Positions 24,314 to 32,548 of a stretch of 32,550 nt of DNA are shown here, one piece after another. Source of the stretch: Candidatus Limnocylindrales bacterium. GTDB lineage: Bacteria > Chloroflexota > Limnocylindria > Limnocylindrales > CSP1-4. The notes under the pieces are model-generated. The model was not told where the DNA came from. It did not search any database and saw only the letters and a list, made by a program, of their open reading frames with translations. How positions within the stretch are numbered: the first letter of the stretch is position 1; every line of letters begins with the position of its first letter. The position numbers and the translations under genes are program-made. The stretch is from NCBI GenBank assembly GCA_046714395.1, contig JBKKBB010000162.1:1-32550 (forward strand), in the 5' to 3' direction.

Positions 24314-24535
24314 ATGTTCCGACTGCTGGCGCGGCTCGGCGCGACGCGGACCTCACTCGTTGCCTACATCCTGCCGGTCGTGGGCATTGTCGCCGGCGCC
24401 CTGGTCTTCCAGGAGACGGTCGACGCGCGGGTGCTCTTCGGCACGGCCCTCGTCATCGCGGGCGTCGCACTCGTGAACAGCCGGTTCGGCCAGCGCAGAC
24501 TGTTCGGTCGAGGGGTCCCACCGGCCCAGGGGTGA
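24314..24535 (+). pseudogene. C-terminal remnant of an EamA/DMT transporter
   Basis: FRLLARLGATRTSLVAYILPVVGIVAGALVFQE...GTALVIAGVALVN matches the last helices of an EamA repeat; the upstream frame is non-hydrophobic and runs into antisense galK. Confidence 0.75.
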
Positions 24536-24576
24536 ATTCAGTTCGGCTGTGAGCGCGCGCAGGCCGCTGCGCGGCC

Positions 24577-25473
24577 TCAGTCCGAAATCGCCAGGAGGAC
24601 GGCTCCGACCACCACCAGTGCCGCGGCCCCGATTCGGGAGCCCGCCTGGAGTCGTCCAACCGCTTCACCGAGCCGGAGCGCGCCCCAGGCCGCGGCGATC
24701 ACGATCCCCGACTCTCGAAGTGGGGCCACCGCGGCGAGCGGCGCGAGCGCATAGGCGAACAAGACCAGCAGGTACGCCGTCAGGGACAGGACCCCGGCCA
24801 CGGCGTCCCGCCAGATGGGGGTCGGTTGATCGCGCGTGGGAGGCGTCGCCATGATGCCGGACCGCCTCCCCAACACGACCACGGTCGTCAGGATCGCGGT
24901 GGCGAAGACGGCAAGGAACGAGCCGTACAGCCACGGCTCCAGGATCCGCACGCCGAGTCGGTCCACCGTCGAGTAGCCCGCGATCGTGGCGCCGGTCAGG
25001 AGCGCGAACCCGATGGCGCCGCGGTGATGTCTACCGGCTTCCCGAAAGGCTCGCCACGGGCGCGCCACGAGCAGGATCCCGACGACGATGCAGGCAACGC
25101 CGACGAGCGCCGGCGCCGAGAGTTGCTCGCCCAGGATCCCGAGGCCCACGAAGATTGACAGCAGCGGTGCACTGCCCCGGGCCAGCGGATACACCAGGGA
25201 CAGGTCGCCGCGTCGATAGGCGGCCGACAGGAAGACGAAATAGCCGGCTTCGAGCACGCCCGAGACGAGCGCCAGACCGACGCCACCCGGATCCAGCGGC
25301 GGACGGCCCTGCGCTACCCAGGCCACGACCCCGATGGGCACGAGGACGGCCGTGCCGATCGCCTGGAGCCTGACCGCCGTTCGGAGCGGATCTCCTGACG
25401 TCTTGAGCAGGACGTTCCAGGCTGCGTGGAGTACCGCGGCGACGAGGACGAGGGCGACGGCGAGCGGTGGCAA
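24577..25473 (-). CDS. EamA/DMT family transporter
   Basis: AAVLHAAWN..LK, AYRRGDLSLVYPLARG, YSTVD, APLRESGIV...LGE; about 10 hydrophobic segments; GGAGG RBS. Confidence 0.88.
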   Translation of the reverse strand: MPPLAVALVLVAAVLHAAWNVLLKTSGDPLRTAVRLQAIGTAVLVPIGVVAWVAQGRPPLDPGGVGLALVSGVLEAGYFVFLSAAYRRGDLSLVYPLARGSAPLLSIFVGLGILGEQLSAPALVGVACIVVGILLVARPWRAFREAGRHHRGAIGFALLTGATIAGYSTVDRLGVRILEPWLYGSFLAVFATAILTTVVVLGRRSGIMATPPTRDQPTPIWRDAVAGVLSLTAYLLVLFAYALAPLAAVAPLRESGIVIAAAWGALRLGEAVGRLQAGSRIGAAALVVVGAVLLAISD

Positions 25474-25479
25474 GCCTCC

Positions 25480-27174
25480 CTACCGGCCGACGTCGCGCCG
25501 GCGGATGCCGAGCGCGGACACGGCAAGCCCGCCGATCGCGAGGACGAGGCAGGCGACAATCCCGGCCTCGTCGAAGTCGCCCAGCATCGGCCGGCCCAGG
25601 TGCCGGTTCAGCGCCAGGTCCGTGATCGCATCCGGCAGGTCGAGGATCGCGCCCAGGAGGTCGAGCAGGAAGAAGGCGATCCCCAGGATGCCGGTCGTGG
25701 GGGCGGCGAGTGAGGGTCGAATCAGCCCGCCGACCGCCAGGCCGATCCCGGCGAGGGCCATGCCGTACAGCCCCAGAACGCTGACGCCGATCGTCGGGCC
25801 GACCACGTCGTCGCCCTGGATGGCCGCGCCGGCCGCCACGCCGAGCGCCATGACGAGGGTCATCAGCGCGACCGCCGCGAGCACCGACGCCCCGCTCCGG
25901 AGAGCCCACGCGGCCCGCCCGATGGGTGTGGCCAGGATGACCTCCAGCCGGCGATCGCCCTCGTCGGATGCCCAGCCGCCAACGAACACCGCCGCCGCCA
26001 ACCCGATCATCACGATCCCCTGGCCAAAGAACGAAAGCTGCAGAAAGCCCGCGGTCGAGAGGATGTCGGCGTCCGGAAACAGCCGCCTGATCATCTCGAC
26101 GATCTGGGGAATCCGGGCGATCTGGGCCACGAACTCGTCGGCAGACGTCGCGATGAGCAACCCGTACAGGCCCAGGCCGAACCCCCAGATCAGGGCACCC
26201 GGCAGGCGCTCGCCCAAGCCGCGCAGGAAGACGCCCTGAACCCACAGCCAGATGGCGGGTATCCGGAAGCGGCCCGCTGATGGCGCCAGGAGATCGCGCC
26301 GCTCGAAGACGGCCAGCCCGGCCGCGAGCATCGCCGCCACGATGGCGGCGAGCAGCCCGATCGACGGCCAGTCCCAGCGGCCGGCGAGGGGCCGATGATC
26401 GGCCGTCAGGGCCAGGTAGCTGAACGGCTTCAGGGCGTCGAACGCCGGCACGATGTCCGCGTACGCCGCCACCACGAAGCTCAGGAAGAGCGCGCCGCCG
26501 CCGAGGGCCAGCGCGCCGCCGCGTCCCAGGATCGGCGCCACCAGGAACGCGAGGGCGCCAGGGGCCAGGACCGTCACGAAGATCCAGGCCGCATGCCCGG
26601 CGAGGGCCGAGATCGACACCTCGTCACCGGGCAGCGCCGCCAGTGCGTTGATCGCTACGAACGTCACCCCATTGATGAGCAGCACGGCGAGTGCCAGCAC
26701 GGCGAGGTAGGCCAGCACCTTGTCCAGCGCAAGGCGGCGCCGCGCGACCGGCGTGGCGGCCACGAAGTCCAGGCTGCCCCGGGCGAGCTCACCGGCGAGC
26801 GTGCCGGAGAGCGCGACCAGCGACCAGATGCCCAGCATGACCGGCAGGAAGTTGAAGATCCGCCAGGACACGAACCCGCCCAGCGTGTCGATCCGGATGG
26901 GCTCCCCGAGCATCCCCTGGAAGACCGCCGGCAGGGCCGAGAGCTGGCGGGCGAAGGCGAGTCGGGCCTCCGGTGTCGTGAACTGCTGGACGATCTGTGC
27001 GGCGGTGGCCGTCCCGATCAGTCCGAAGACGACGCCGAGCACGAGGGCCGTCCGGCGGCTGTCGCGGAACGACTTGCCGAAGACCGAGCCGAGCCCCAGG
27101 GCGCGGGCGCGGGCCGACGGGGCGGTGAGTGCCGGCGCCGCGCTACCCGCGGCCGACGGCGTGGCGGCCGTCAT
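25480..27174 (-). CDS. ABC-2 type exporter permease with two fused repeats
   Basis: Two similar halves (LAGELARGSLDFVAATPVARRR / WASDEGDRRLEVILATPIGRAA); many TM helices; overlaps the ATPase stop. Confidence 0.85.
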   Translation of the reverse strand: MTAATPSAAGSAAPALTAPSARARALGLGSVFGKSFRDSRRTALVLGVVFGLIGTATAAQIVQQFTTPEARLAFARQLSALPAVFQGMLGEPIRIDTLGGFVSWRIFNFLPVMLGIWSLVALSGTLAGELARGSLDFVAATPVARRRLALDKVLAYLAVLALAVLLINGVTFVAINALAALPGDEVSISALAGHAAWIFVTVLAPGALAFLVAPILGRGGALALGGGALFLSFVVAAYADIVPAFDALKPFSYLALTADHRPLAGRWDWPSIGLLAAIVAAMLAAGLAVFERRDLLAPSAGRFRIPAIWLWVQGVFLRGLGERLPGALIWGFGLGLYGLLIATSADEFVAQIARIPQIVEMIRRLFPDADILSTAGFLQLSFFGQGIVMIGLAAAVFVGGWASDEGDRRLEVILATPIGRAAWALRSGASVLAAVALMTLVMALGVAAGAAIQGDDVVGPTIGVSVLGLYGMALAGIGLAVGGLIRPSLAAPTTGILGIAFFLLDLLGAILDLPDAITDLALNRHLGRPMLGDFDEAGIVACLVLAIGGLAVSALGIRRRDVGR

Positions 27175-28076
27175 CGGGCGGGCTGCCCGCTCGCGGTCCC
27201 GTACTCGGCCAGAAAGACCTCCTCGAGCGACGGCTCGCGGCTCACGAAGTCCACGAGGTGACCCTGGGCCGCGAGGCGCACGACCGGCGCGATCGGGCCG
27301 GTTACGAGCATCCGGATCGTGCGACCCTCGACGATAAGGTTGCTGACACCCTGGACGGTCGAGTACGGCGCCGGATCGACCGGCTCGGAGAACCGCAGCT
27401 CAACCTCGTGGGCCGCCAGCTCCCGGAGGGCGTCGACCGTGTCGAGCCGGACGATCCGGCCGTCGCGGATGATCGCCACGCGATCGCAGGTGCGCTCGAC
27501 CTCGCTGATGATGTGCGATGAGAGGAACACCGTCCGCCCCTCGGCCTTGGCTTCGAACAGAAGCTGGTTGAAGACCTGCTGGACGAGGGGATCGAGGCCG
27601 GCCGTCGGCTCGTCGAGGATCAGCAGCTCGGGCCGGTGCTGAAGCGCGCACACGAGCCCGACCTTCTGCTTGTTGCCCTTGGAGTACTCACGGAAGCGTC
27701 GCGACGGATCGAGGCCGAGGCGCTCGGTCAACTGGGCGCTGTACGCCCGGTCGAGGCCGCCACGCAGGTTGGCGAAGTACTCAATCGTCTCCGACCCGGT
27801 CAGCCGGTCGTACAGGTTGAACTCGCCGGGCAGGTAGCCGATCCGCCGGTGGATCGCCACGGGATTCTCGGACGAGACGATCCCGAACACCCGCGCCGTG
27901 CCCGAGGTCGGCCGGATGAGGTCGAGGAGCACCCGGATCGTCGTCGTCTTGCCGGCCCCGTTCGGGCCGAGGAAGCCGAAGACCTCGCCTGCGCTGACCT
28001 CGAGGTCCACGTCCACGATCCCCCGATGGACCCCGTACGCCTTGGTGAGGCGCTCAACCTGGATGACCGCGGACAT
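27171..28076 (-). CDS. ABC-2 type exporter ATP-binding protein
   Basis: Walker A GPNGAGKT, signature YSKGNKQK, Walker B LLILDEPT, SSH; ATG at 28076 after AGGAG. Confidence 0.93.
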   Translation of the reverse strand: MSAVIQVERLTKAYGVHRGIVDVDLEVSAGEVFGFLGPNGAGKTTTIRVLLDLIRPTSGTARVFGIVSSENPVAIHRRIGYLPGEFNLYDRLTGSETIEYFANLRGGLDRAYSAQLTERLGLDPSRRFREYSKGNKQKVGLVCALQHRPELLILDEPTAGLDPLVQQVFNQLLFEAKAEGRTVFLSSHIISEVERTCDRVAIIRDGRIVRLDTVDALRELAAHEVELRFSEPVDPAPYSTVQGVSNLIVEGRTIRMLVTGPIAPVVRLAAQGHLVDFVSREPSLEEVFLAEYGTASGQPAR

Positions 28077-28087
28077 GGGACTCCTGT

Positions 28088-29038
28088 TCAGACGCCGATG
28101 GGATGCCAGACGGTCTTCATCTCGAGGTACGCCGCGATCCACTCCGGGCGCTCCGCGGCCCGATCGTCCAGCCAATCGAAGCGAGCGTCCGTGGTGCCAG
28201 TCGGACGCCGGGTGACGCGCTTGACGTTGTCCGTCGCGGCCAGCTCGACGTCCCGGCGGGTTGACTCCTCGACACCCCAAACGTCGATGGCATCAACGTC
28301 GGCGTGTGCGGCGAGGACCGGGACGAGTTCCTTCTTGAGGCCCGTGATCACGTTCACGACGCCGCCCGGGACGTCGGACGTGGCGAGCACCTCGGTCATC
28401 GTGATCGCGGGGAGCGGACGCGTCTCCGAGGTCAGGACGACCACGGCGTTGCCCGTTACCAGCGGCGGGGCGAGCCGGGACACCAGGCCAAGCAGTGACG
28501 ATGTCTCAGGAGCGACGATCCCCACGACCCCCGTGGGTTCGGGGATCGTGAAGTTGAAGTAGTCCCCCGCCACGGGGTTGGACGACCCGAGCACCTGGGC
28601 GATCTTGTCCGCCCAGCCGGCGTACCAGACCCAGCGGTCGATGGCCCGGTCGACGACCACCCGGGCCCGGTCGGCACGAAGACCCTCGGCCTGGGCGACC
28701 TCGGTGACGAATTGCTCCCGTCGGCCCTCCATCAGCTCGGCGACGCGATAGAGGACCTGCCCGCGGTTCATCGCCGCCCGATCGGCCCAGCCCGGGAACG
28801 CCTTGCGCGCGGCACGGACGGCATCGCGGAGGTCCTTTCGTGACCCGCGACAGGCGTTGGCCAGGGGCGACCCATCGGCCGCGCTGACGAGGTACGACCG
28901 GCCAGATTCGGTTCGTGGGAATGCTCCGCCGATGTACAGCTTGTAGGTCTTCCGGATGTCGATCCGCGGGGCGGGCACCGCGGCACCGGTGACGGCCACG
29001 ACCGCACCCTTCCTGCGTCGCGCCGGTACGGCCGCCAT
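28088..29038 (-). CDS. Truncated aldehyde dehydrogenase-family protein (NAD-binding/oligomerisation part only)
   Basis: KTYKLYIGGAFPRTESGR, WYAGWADK, EPTGVVGIV, VPGGVVNVITG, ends EMKTVWHP; no LELGG motif or catalytic Cys domain. Confidence 0.85.
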   Translation of the reverse strand: MAAVPARRRKGAVVAVTGAAVPAPRIDIRKTYKLYIGGAFPRTESGRSYLVSAADGSPLANACRGSRKDLRDAVRAARKAFPGWADRAAMNRGQVLYRVAELMEGRREQFVTEVAQAEGLRADRARVVVDRAIDRWVWYAGWADKIAQVLGSSNPVAGDYFNFTIPEPTGVVGIVAPETSSLLGLVSRLAPPLVTGNAVVVLTSETRPLPAITMTEVLATSDVPGGVVNVITGLKKELVPVLAAHADVDAIDVWGVEESTRRDVELAATDNVKRVTRRPTGTTDARFDWLDDRAAERPEWIAAYLEMKTVWHPIGV

Positions 29039-30561
29039 CAGCGATCCTCCAGCCGGACATACGCGTGCAGCCCGTGCATGCCGCCTTCACGTCCAAAGCC
29101 GGATTCCTTGTACCCGCCGAATGGCGACGCGGGATCGAACCGGTTGAAGGTGTTCGCCCAGACGACGCCGGCCCGCATCCGCCTGACCATGGACAGGATC
29201 CGGCTCCCCTTCTCCGTCCAGATCCCGGCCGACAGGCCGAAGGGCGTGTTGTTCGCCTTCTCGACCGCTTCCTCGGGGGTTCGGAAGGTCAGGACCGAGA
29301 GCACCGGTCCGAAGATCTCCTCCTTCGCGATCCGGTGGCTCTGCGCGACTCCGGTGAACAAGGTCGGGCGGAAGAAGTAGCCGCGATCCGGAAGATCGCA
29401 GGCGGGCTGGTACAGCTCGGCGCCCTCCGCGACGCCCGCCGCCACCAACTCCGTGATCTTCTCCAACTGCTGGCGCGAGTTGATGGCTCCGACATCGGTG
29501 TTCTTGTCGAGCGGATCGCCGACGCGAATCGTGGATAGCCGGTCCTTGAGCTTCTCGATAAGCGGCTCGACGATCGATTCCTGGGCCAGCAGGCGGGACC
29601 CCGCGCAGCACACCTCGCCCTGGTTGAAGTAGATCCCGTTGACGATGCCCTCGACGGCCTGGTCCAGGGCGGCATCCTCGAACACGATGTTGGCGGCCTT
29701 CCCGCCGAGCTCGAGGGTCAGGGCCTTGTCCGTACCCGCGACGGCTCGGTGGATGAGCTTGCCGACGCCGGTCGAGCCGGTGAAGGCCACCTTGTCCACG
29801 CCGGGGCTGGAGACGAGGTGCATCCCGATCTCTGCCGGCCCCGGGACGATGTTGACCACCCCGGGCGGCAGGTCCGCCTGCCGGCACACGTCCGCGAACA
29901 GCAGCGCGCTGAGCGGTGTCGTGGATGCCGGCTTGAGGACGACGGTGTTGCCGGCCGCCAGCGCCGGCGCGATCTTCCAGGCCAGCATCAGCAACGGGAA
30001 GTTCCAAGGAATGACCTGTGCGGCGACGCCGAGCGGCTTCGCGACGCGCCCGGGGAATGCGTACTCGAGCTTGTCCGCCCAGCCGGCGTAGTACCAGAAA
30101 TGGGCCGCGGCGAGCGGGACATCCACGTCCCGGCTCTCCTTGATCGGCTTGCCGGAGTCCATCGTCTCGAGCACGGCGAACTCGCGGCTCCGCTCCTGGA
30201 GGATCCGCGCGATCCGGAAGAGGTACTTGGCCCGCTCGCGACCCGGAAGCGTGCCCCAGCTTCTCCGCTGGGCACGTCGCGCGGCGCGGATCGCCCGATC
30301 GACATCGGCGGCGGTTGCCCGCGATACGTCCGCGATCTTCTCTTCGGTCGCGGGGTTGATCGTCGGGAAGACCGCGCCGTCCGAGGACGGGACCTCGCGT
30401 CCATTGATGAACAGGCCGTAGCGCTCCTTGAGGGACACGATATCCCGCGATTCCGGGGCGGGTGCGTATTCCCACGGGATCGCCTGGCCGTCGCCCAGTC
30501 CCCAGCCGGCCGGGCCGCGGTCACCGGACCAGGGCCGGAGCTTCGTCGAGTCGCTCGTCAC
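29038..30561 (-). CDS. Aldehyde dehydrogenase (probably acetaldehyde-oxidising, linked to deoC)
   Basis: IPWNFP, VLKPA, FTGSTGVG, LELGGK (Glu), GEVCCAG (Cys), EEIFGPV, PFGGYKESGFGREGG. Confidence 0.93.
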   Translation of the reverse strand: MTSDSTKLRPWSGDRGPAGWGLGDGQAIPWEYAPAPESRDIVSLKERYGLFINGREVPSSDGAVFPTINPATEEKIADVSRATAADVDRAIRAARRAQRRSWGTLPGRERAKYLFRIARILQERSREFAVLETMDSGKPIKESRDVDVPLAAAHFWYYAGWADKLEYAFPGRVAKPLGVAAQVIPWNFPLLMLAWKIAPALAAGNTVVLKPASTTPLSALLFADVCRQADLPPGVVNIVPGPAEIGMHLVSSPGVDKVAFTGSTGVGKLIHRAVAGTDKALTLELGGKAANIVFEDAALDQAVEGIVNGIYFNQGEVCCAGSRLLAQESIVEPLIEKLKDRLSTIRVGDPLDKNTDVGAINSRQQLEKITELVAAGVAEGAELYQPACDLPDRGYFFRPTLFTGVAQSHRIAKEEIFGPVLSVLTFRTPEEAVEKANNTPFGLSAGIWTEKGSRILSMVRRMRAGVVWANTFNRFDPASPFGGYKESGFGREGGMHGLHAYVRLEDR

Positions 30562-30567
30562 TCGGGC

Positions 30568-30573
30568 ATCATA
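30568..30573 (-). promoter_or_regulatory. -10 element for a leaderless ALDH transcript
   Basis: TATGAT 6 nt upstream of the GTG at 30561, no Shine-Dalgarno. Confidence 0.6.
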
Positions 30574-30628
30574 CCCGGGATGCCCGCCCGTTCCGCCCGG
30601 CAGCTCCCGAGCCGGTCCCCCTCCCTGC

Positions 30629-31567
30629 CTAGGGCTGCAGGGTCGAGCCGAGCGCGATGCCGTCGACCAGATACGTCCCGGTCGGACCGGACACGACGAG
30701 GTCGAACGTCACGGCCCCCTCGTAGCTGACGAGGTCCGCCGACACGACGACCGAGCCATCCACGGTGTCGCCGGCTCGCAGCTCCGCGAGTCGCCGGCCG
30801 TCGGCGAGCGGGTGGCCCGGCGACGCGGTCACCGAGCGCCCATCGGCCAACACGAGGTGGACCACGTGGTGGTTCGCCGGCGCGTCGGTCGAGCCGAGGG
30901 CGATGACCGTGCCGAGCACGCGGTTCCCGTGCGCATCCAGCGTCCAGACCGGATCGCCGATGCGGAGGTCCTCGACCGCCACGCTGCCATCCGGAGTCTC
31001 GATGCGTGTGCCACGGCTGAGGCAGATCGGGCACATCGGCTCTCCGGCGGCCGCCTGCTGCTCAATGGTGATGTCGCCGGTCGCGGTGATCGTGCCGGCA
31101 GTGCGGGTGCCCTCGGGACCGCCGCCAGGGGCGGGCTGGGCCAGGTAGTCGAAGCGAAACACGTCGTTGCCGATGGGATCCAGGGCGATCGCGTTGAGAC
31201 CCTTCCAGGCCTGGTAGACGAGGAGTTTCTGCACGTCCGTGAAGGGCCCGGTGGGATCGATGCCCTGGCGTGTCGTGATCGTCTTGAACGCGGCGGCGTC
31301 GGCCATGACCTCGACCCAGCGCTCGCGGGCATGGTCGATCTCCTCGCCGCGTTGGATCGGGTAGAAGTCGGGATCGCAATACCAGAACGGGCCGAACGCT
31401 TCGATGATCGCGTACTTGAGGTCCGGCAGCGTGAGCGCAGGACCGGGGGCCGGTGTCGGCGCGGGGGTCGGCGATGGCGACGGCGTCGGCGATGCGGAGC
31501 CGGGGCCTCCTGAACACGCGGCCGCCAGGACGAGAACCGTGGCGAGGAACGGCAGGCGTCGGATCAC
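30629..31567 (-). CDS. Lipoprotein with C-terminal Hint (Hedgehog/intein) autoprocessing domain
   Basis: Signal/lipobox (M)IRRLPFLATVLVLAAA-C; Pro/Ser/Thr linker; unknown domain with YCDPDFYP; Hint from Cys codon at 31024: CLSRGTRIETPDG..AVEDLRIGDPV, TASPGHP, TFDLVV, GTYLVDGIALGS. Confidence 0.85.
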   Translation of the reverse strand: MIRRLPFLATVLVLAAACSGGPGSASPTPSPSPTPAPTPAPGPALTLPDLKYAIIEAFGPFWYCDPDFYPIQRGEEIDHARERWVEVMADAAAFKTITTRQGIDPTGPFTDVQKLLVYQAWKGLNAIALDPIGNDVFRFDYLAQPAPGGGPEGTRTAGTITATGDITIEQQAAAGEPMCPICLSRGTRIETPDGSVAVEDLRIGDPVWTLDAHGNRVLGTVIALGSTDAPANHHVVHLVLADGRSVTASPGHPLADGRRLAELRAGDTVDGSVVVSADLVSYEGAVTFDLVVSGPTGTYLVDGIALGSTLQP

Positions 31568-31575
31568 GGCCGTGT

Positions 31576-31601
31576 GACGTGGAGGGTCCCCATTCGGTTC
31601 C
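31576..31601 (-). promoter_or_regulatory. ECF sigma-type promoter of the Hint lipoprotein gene
   Basis: Minus strand GGAACC-N16-CGTC, 8 nt before GTG 31567; no RBS. Confidence 0.65.
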
Positions 31602-31621
31602 ACGGCCGCCACCTCGTGCGC

Positions 31622-32548
31622 TCAGTCCAGCGAGAAGTGGTCCGGGCCTTGATAGTGGCCCGTTCGCTCCTTCTCGATCTGCATCAGGACGTCGTTGAGG
31701 AGGCTGGACGCCCCGAAACGGAACCGATCCGGTGTCATCCAGCGCGGCCCGAGGGTCTCGTACAGGACGACCAGGTACTGAATCGCTTCCTTGGCGGTTC
31801 GGATGCCGCCGGCCGGTTTCATGCCGACCGCCCGGCCCGTGGCCTTCTCGAAGTCGCGGATCGCCTCGAACATCACGAGCGTGACCGGCAGGGTCGCGGC
31901 CGGGGTCACCTTGCCAGTTGAGGTCTTGATGAAATCCGCACCGGCGGCCATGGCCAGGATGGAGGCTCGGCGGACGTTGTCGTAGGTCTCAAGCTCGCCG
32001 GTCTCCAGGATGACCTTCAGATGCGCGTCACCGCAGGCCTCCTTGATCTCGACGATCTCATCGAAGACGCGCCCGTACTCACCGCTCAGGAAGGCGCCTC
32101 GATCAATGACCATGTCGATCTCTTCGGCCCCAGCGGCGACGGCGGCGCGAACCTCGGCAAGCTTGATGTCGATGAAGGTCTGCCCTGACGGAAAGGCCGT
32201 CGCGACGCTGGCGACCTTGACGCCGGAGCCCTTCAGAGCATCCTTGGCGTCGGCGATCAAGGCGGGATAGACGCAGATGGCAGCCACGGACGGAATCGAA
32301 GCGTCACCTGGTTGCGGATGCATCGCCTTCTGGCAGAGCGCCCGGATCTTGCCCGGCGTGTCCTTCCCTTCGAGCGTGGTCAGAACCATCATTCGGATGG
32401 CTAGATCCAGGGCCCACAGCTTTGAGGCCTTCTTGATCGAGCGCTTCTTGAGCGATTCGACCCGGAGCTCCACGCCCACCTGATCCACCGCGGTCAGCCG
32501 GCCGAGGACGGAGCCGAGCGGGCCCGGGCGGCCGCCGGCCCAGGCTCG
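31622..32548 (-). CDS. deoC: Deoxyribose-phosphate aldolase (frame open to the window edge)
   Basis: LTTLEG.DT, AAICVYP, VASVATAFPSG, EIDMVI, LKVILETGEL, DFIKTSTGK (Schiff-base Lys), KPAGGIR, RFGASSLL. Confidence 0.94.
   Translation of the reverse strand, partial: RAWAGGRPGPLGSVLGRLTAVDQVGVELRVESLKKRSIKKASKLWALDLAIRMMVLTTLEGKDTPGKIRALCQKAMHPQPGDASIPSVAAICVYPALIADAKDALKGSGVKVASVATAFPSGQTFIDIKLAEVRAAVAAGAEEIDMVIDRGAFLSGEYGRVFDEIVEIKEACGDAHLKVILETGELETYDNVRRASILAMAAGADFIKTSTGKVTPAATLPVTLVMFEAIRDFEKATGRAVGMKPAGGIRTAKEAIQYLVVLYETLGPRWMTPDRFRFGASSLLNDVLMQIEKERTGHYQGPDHFSLD

Noticed and set aside
30632-31024. Hint domain as a true self-splicing intein or mobile element
   Set aside because: No terminal His-Asn, no homing endonuclease and only about 4 residues after the domain, so there is no C-extein to ligate.
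31440-31500. Short tandem GGCGA/GTCGGC repeats
   Set aside because: They encode the Pro/Ser/Thr linker of the lipoprotein; not a CRISPR array or an independent repeat.
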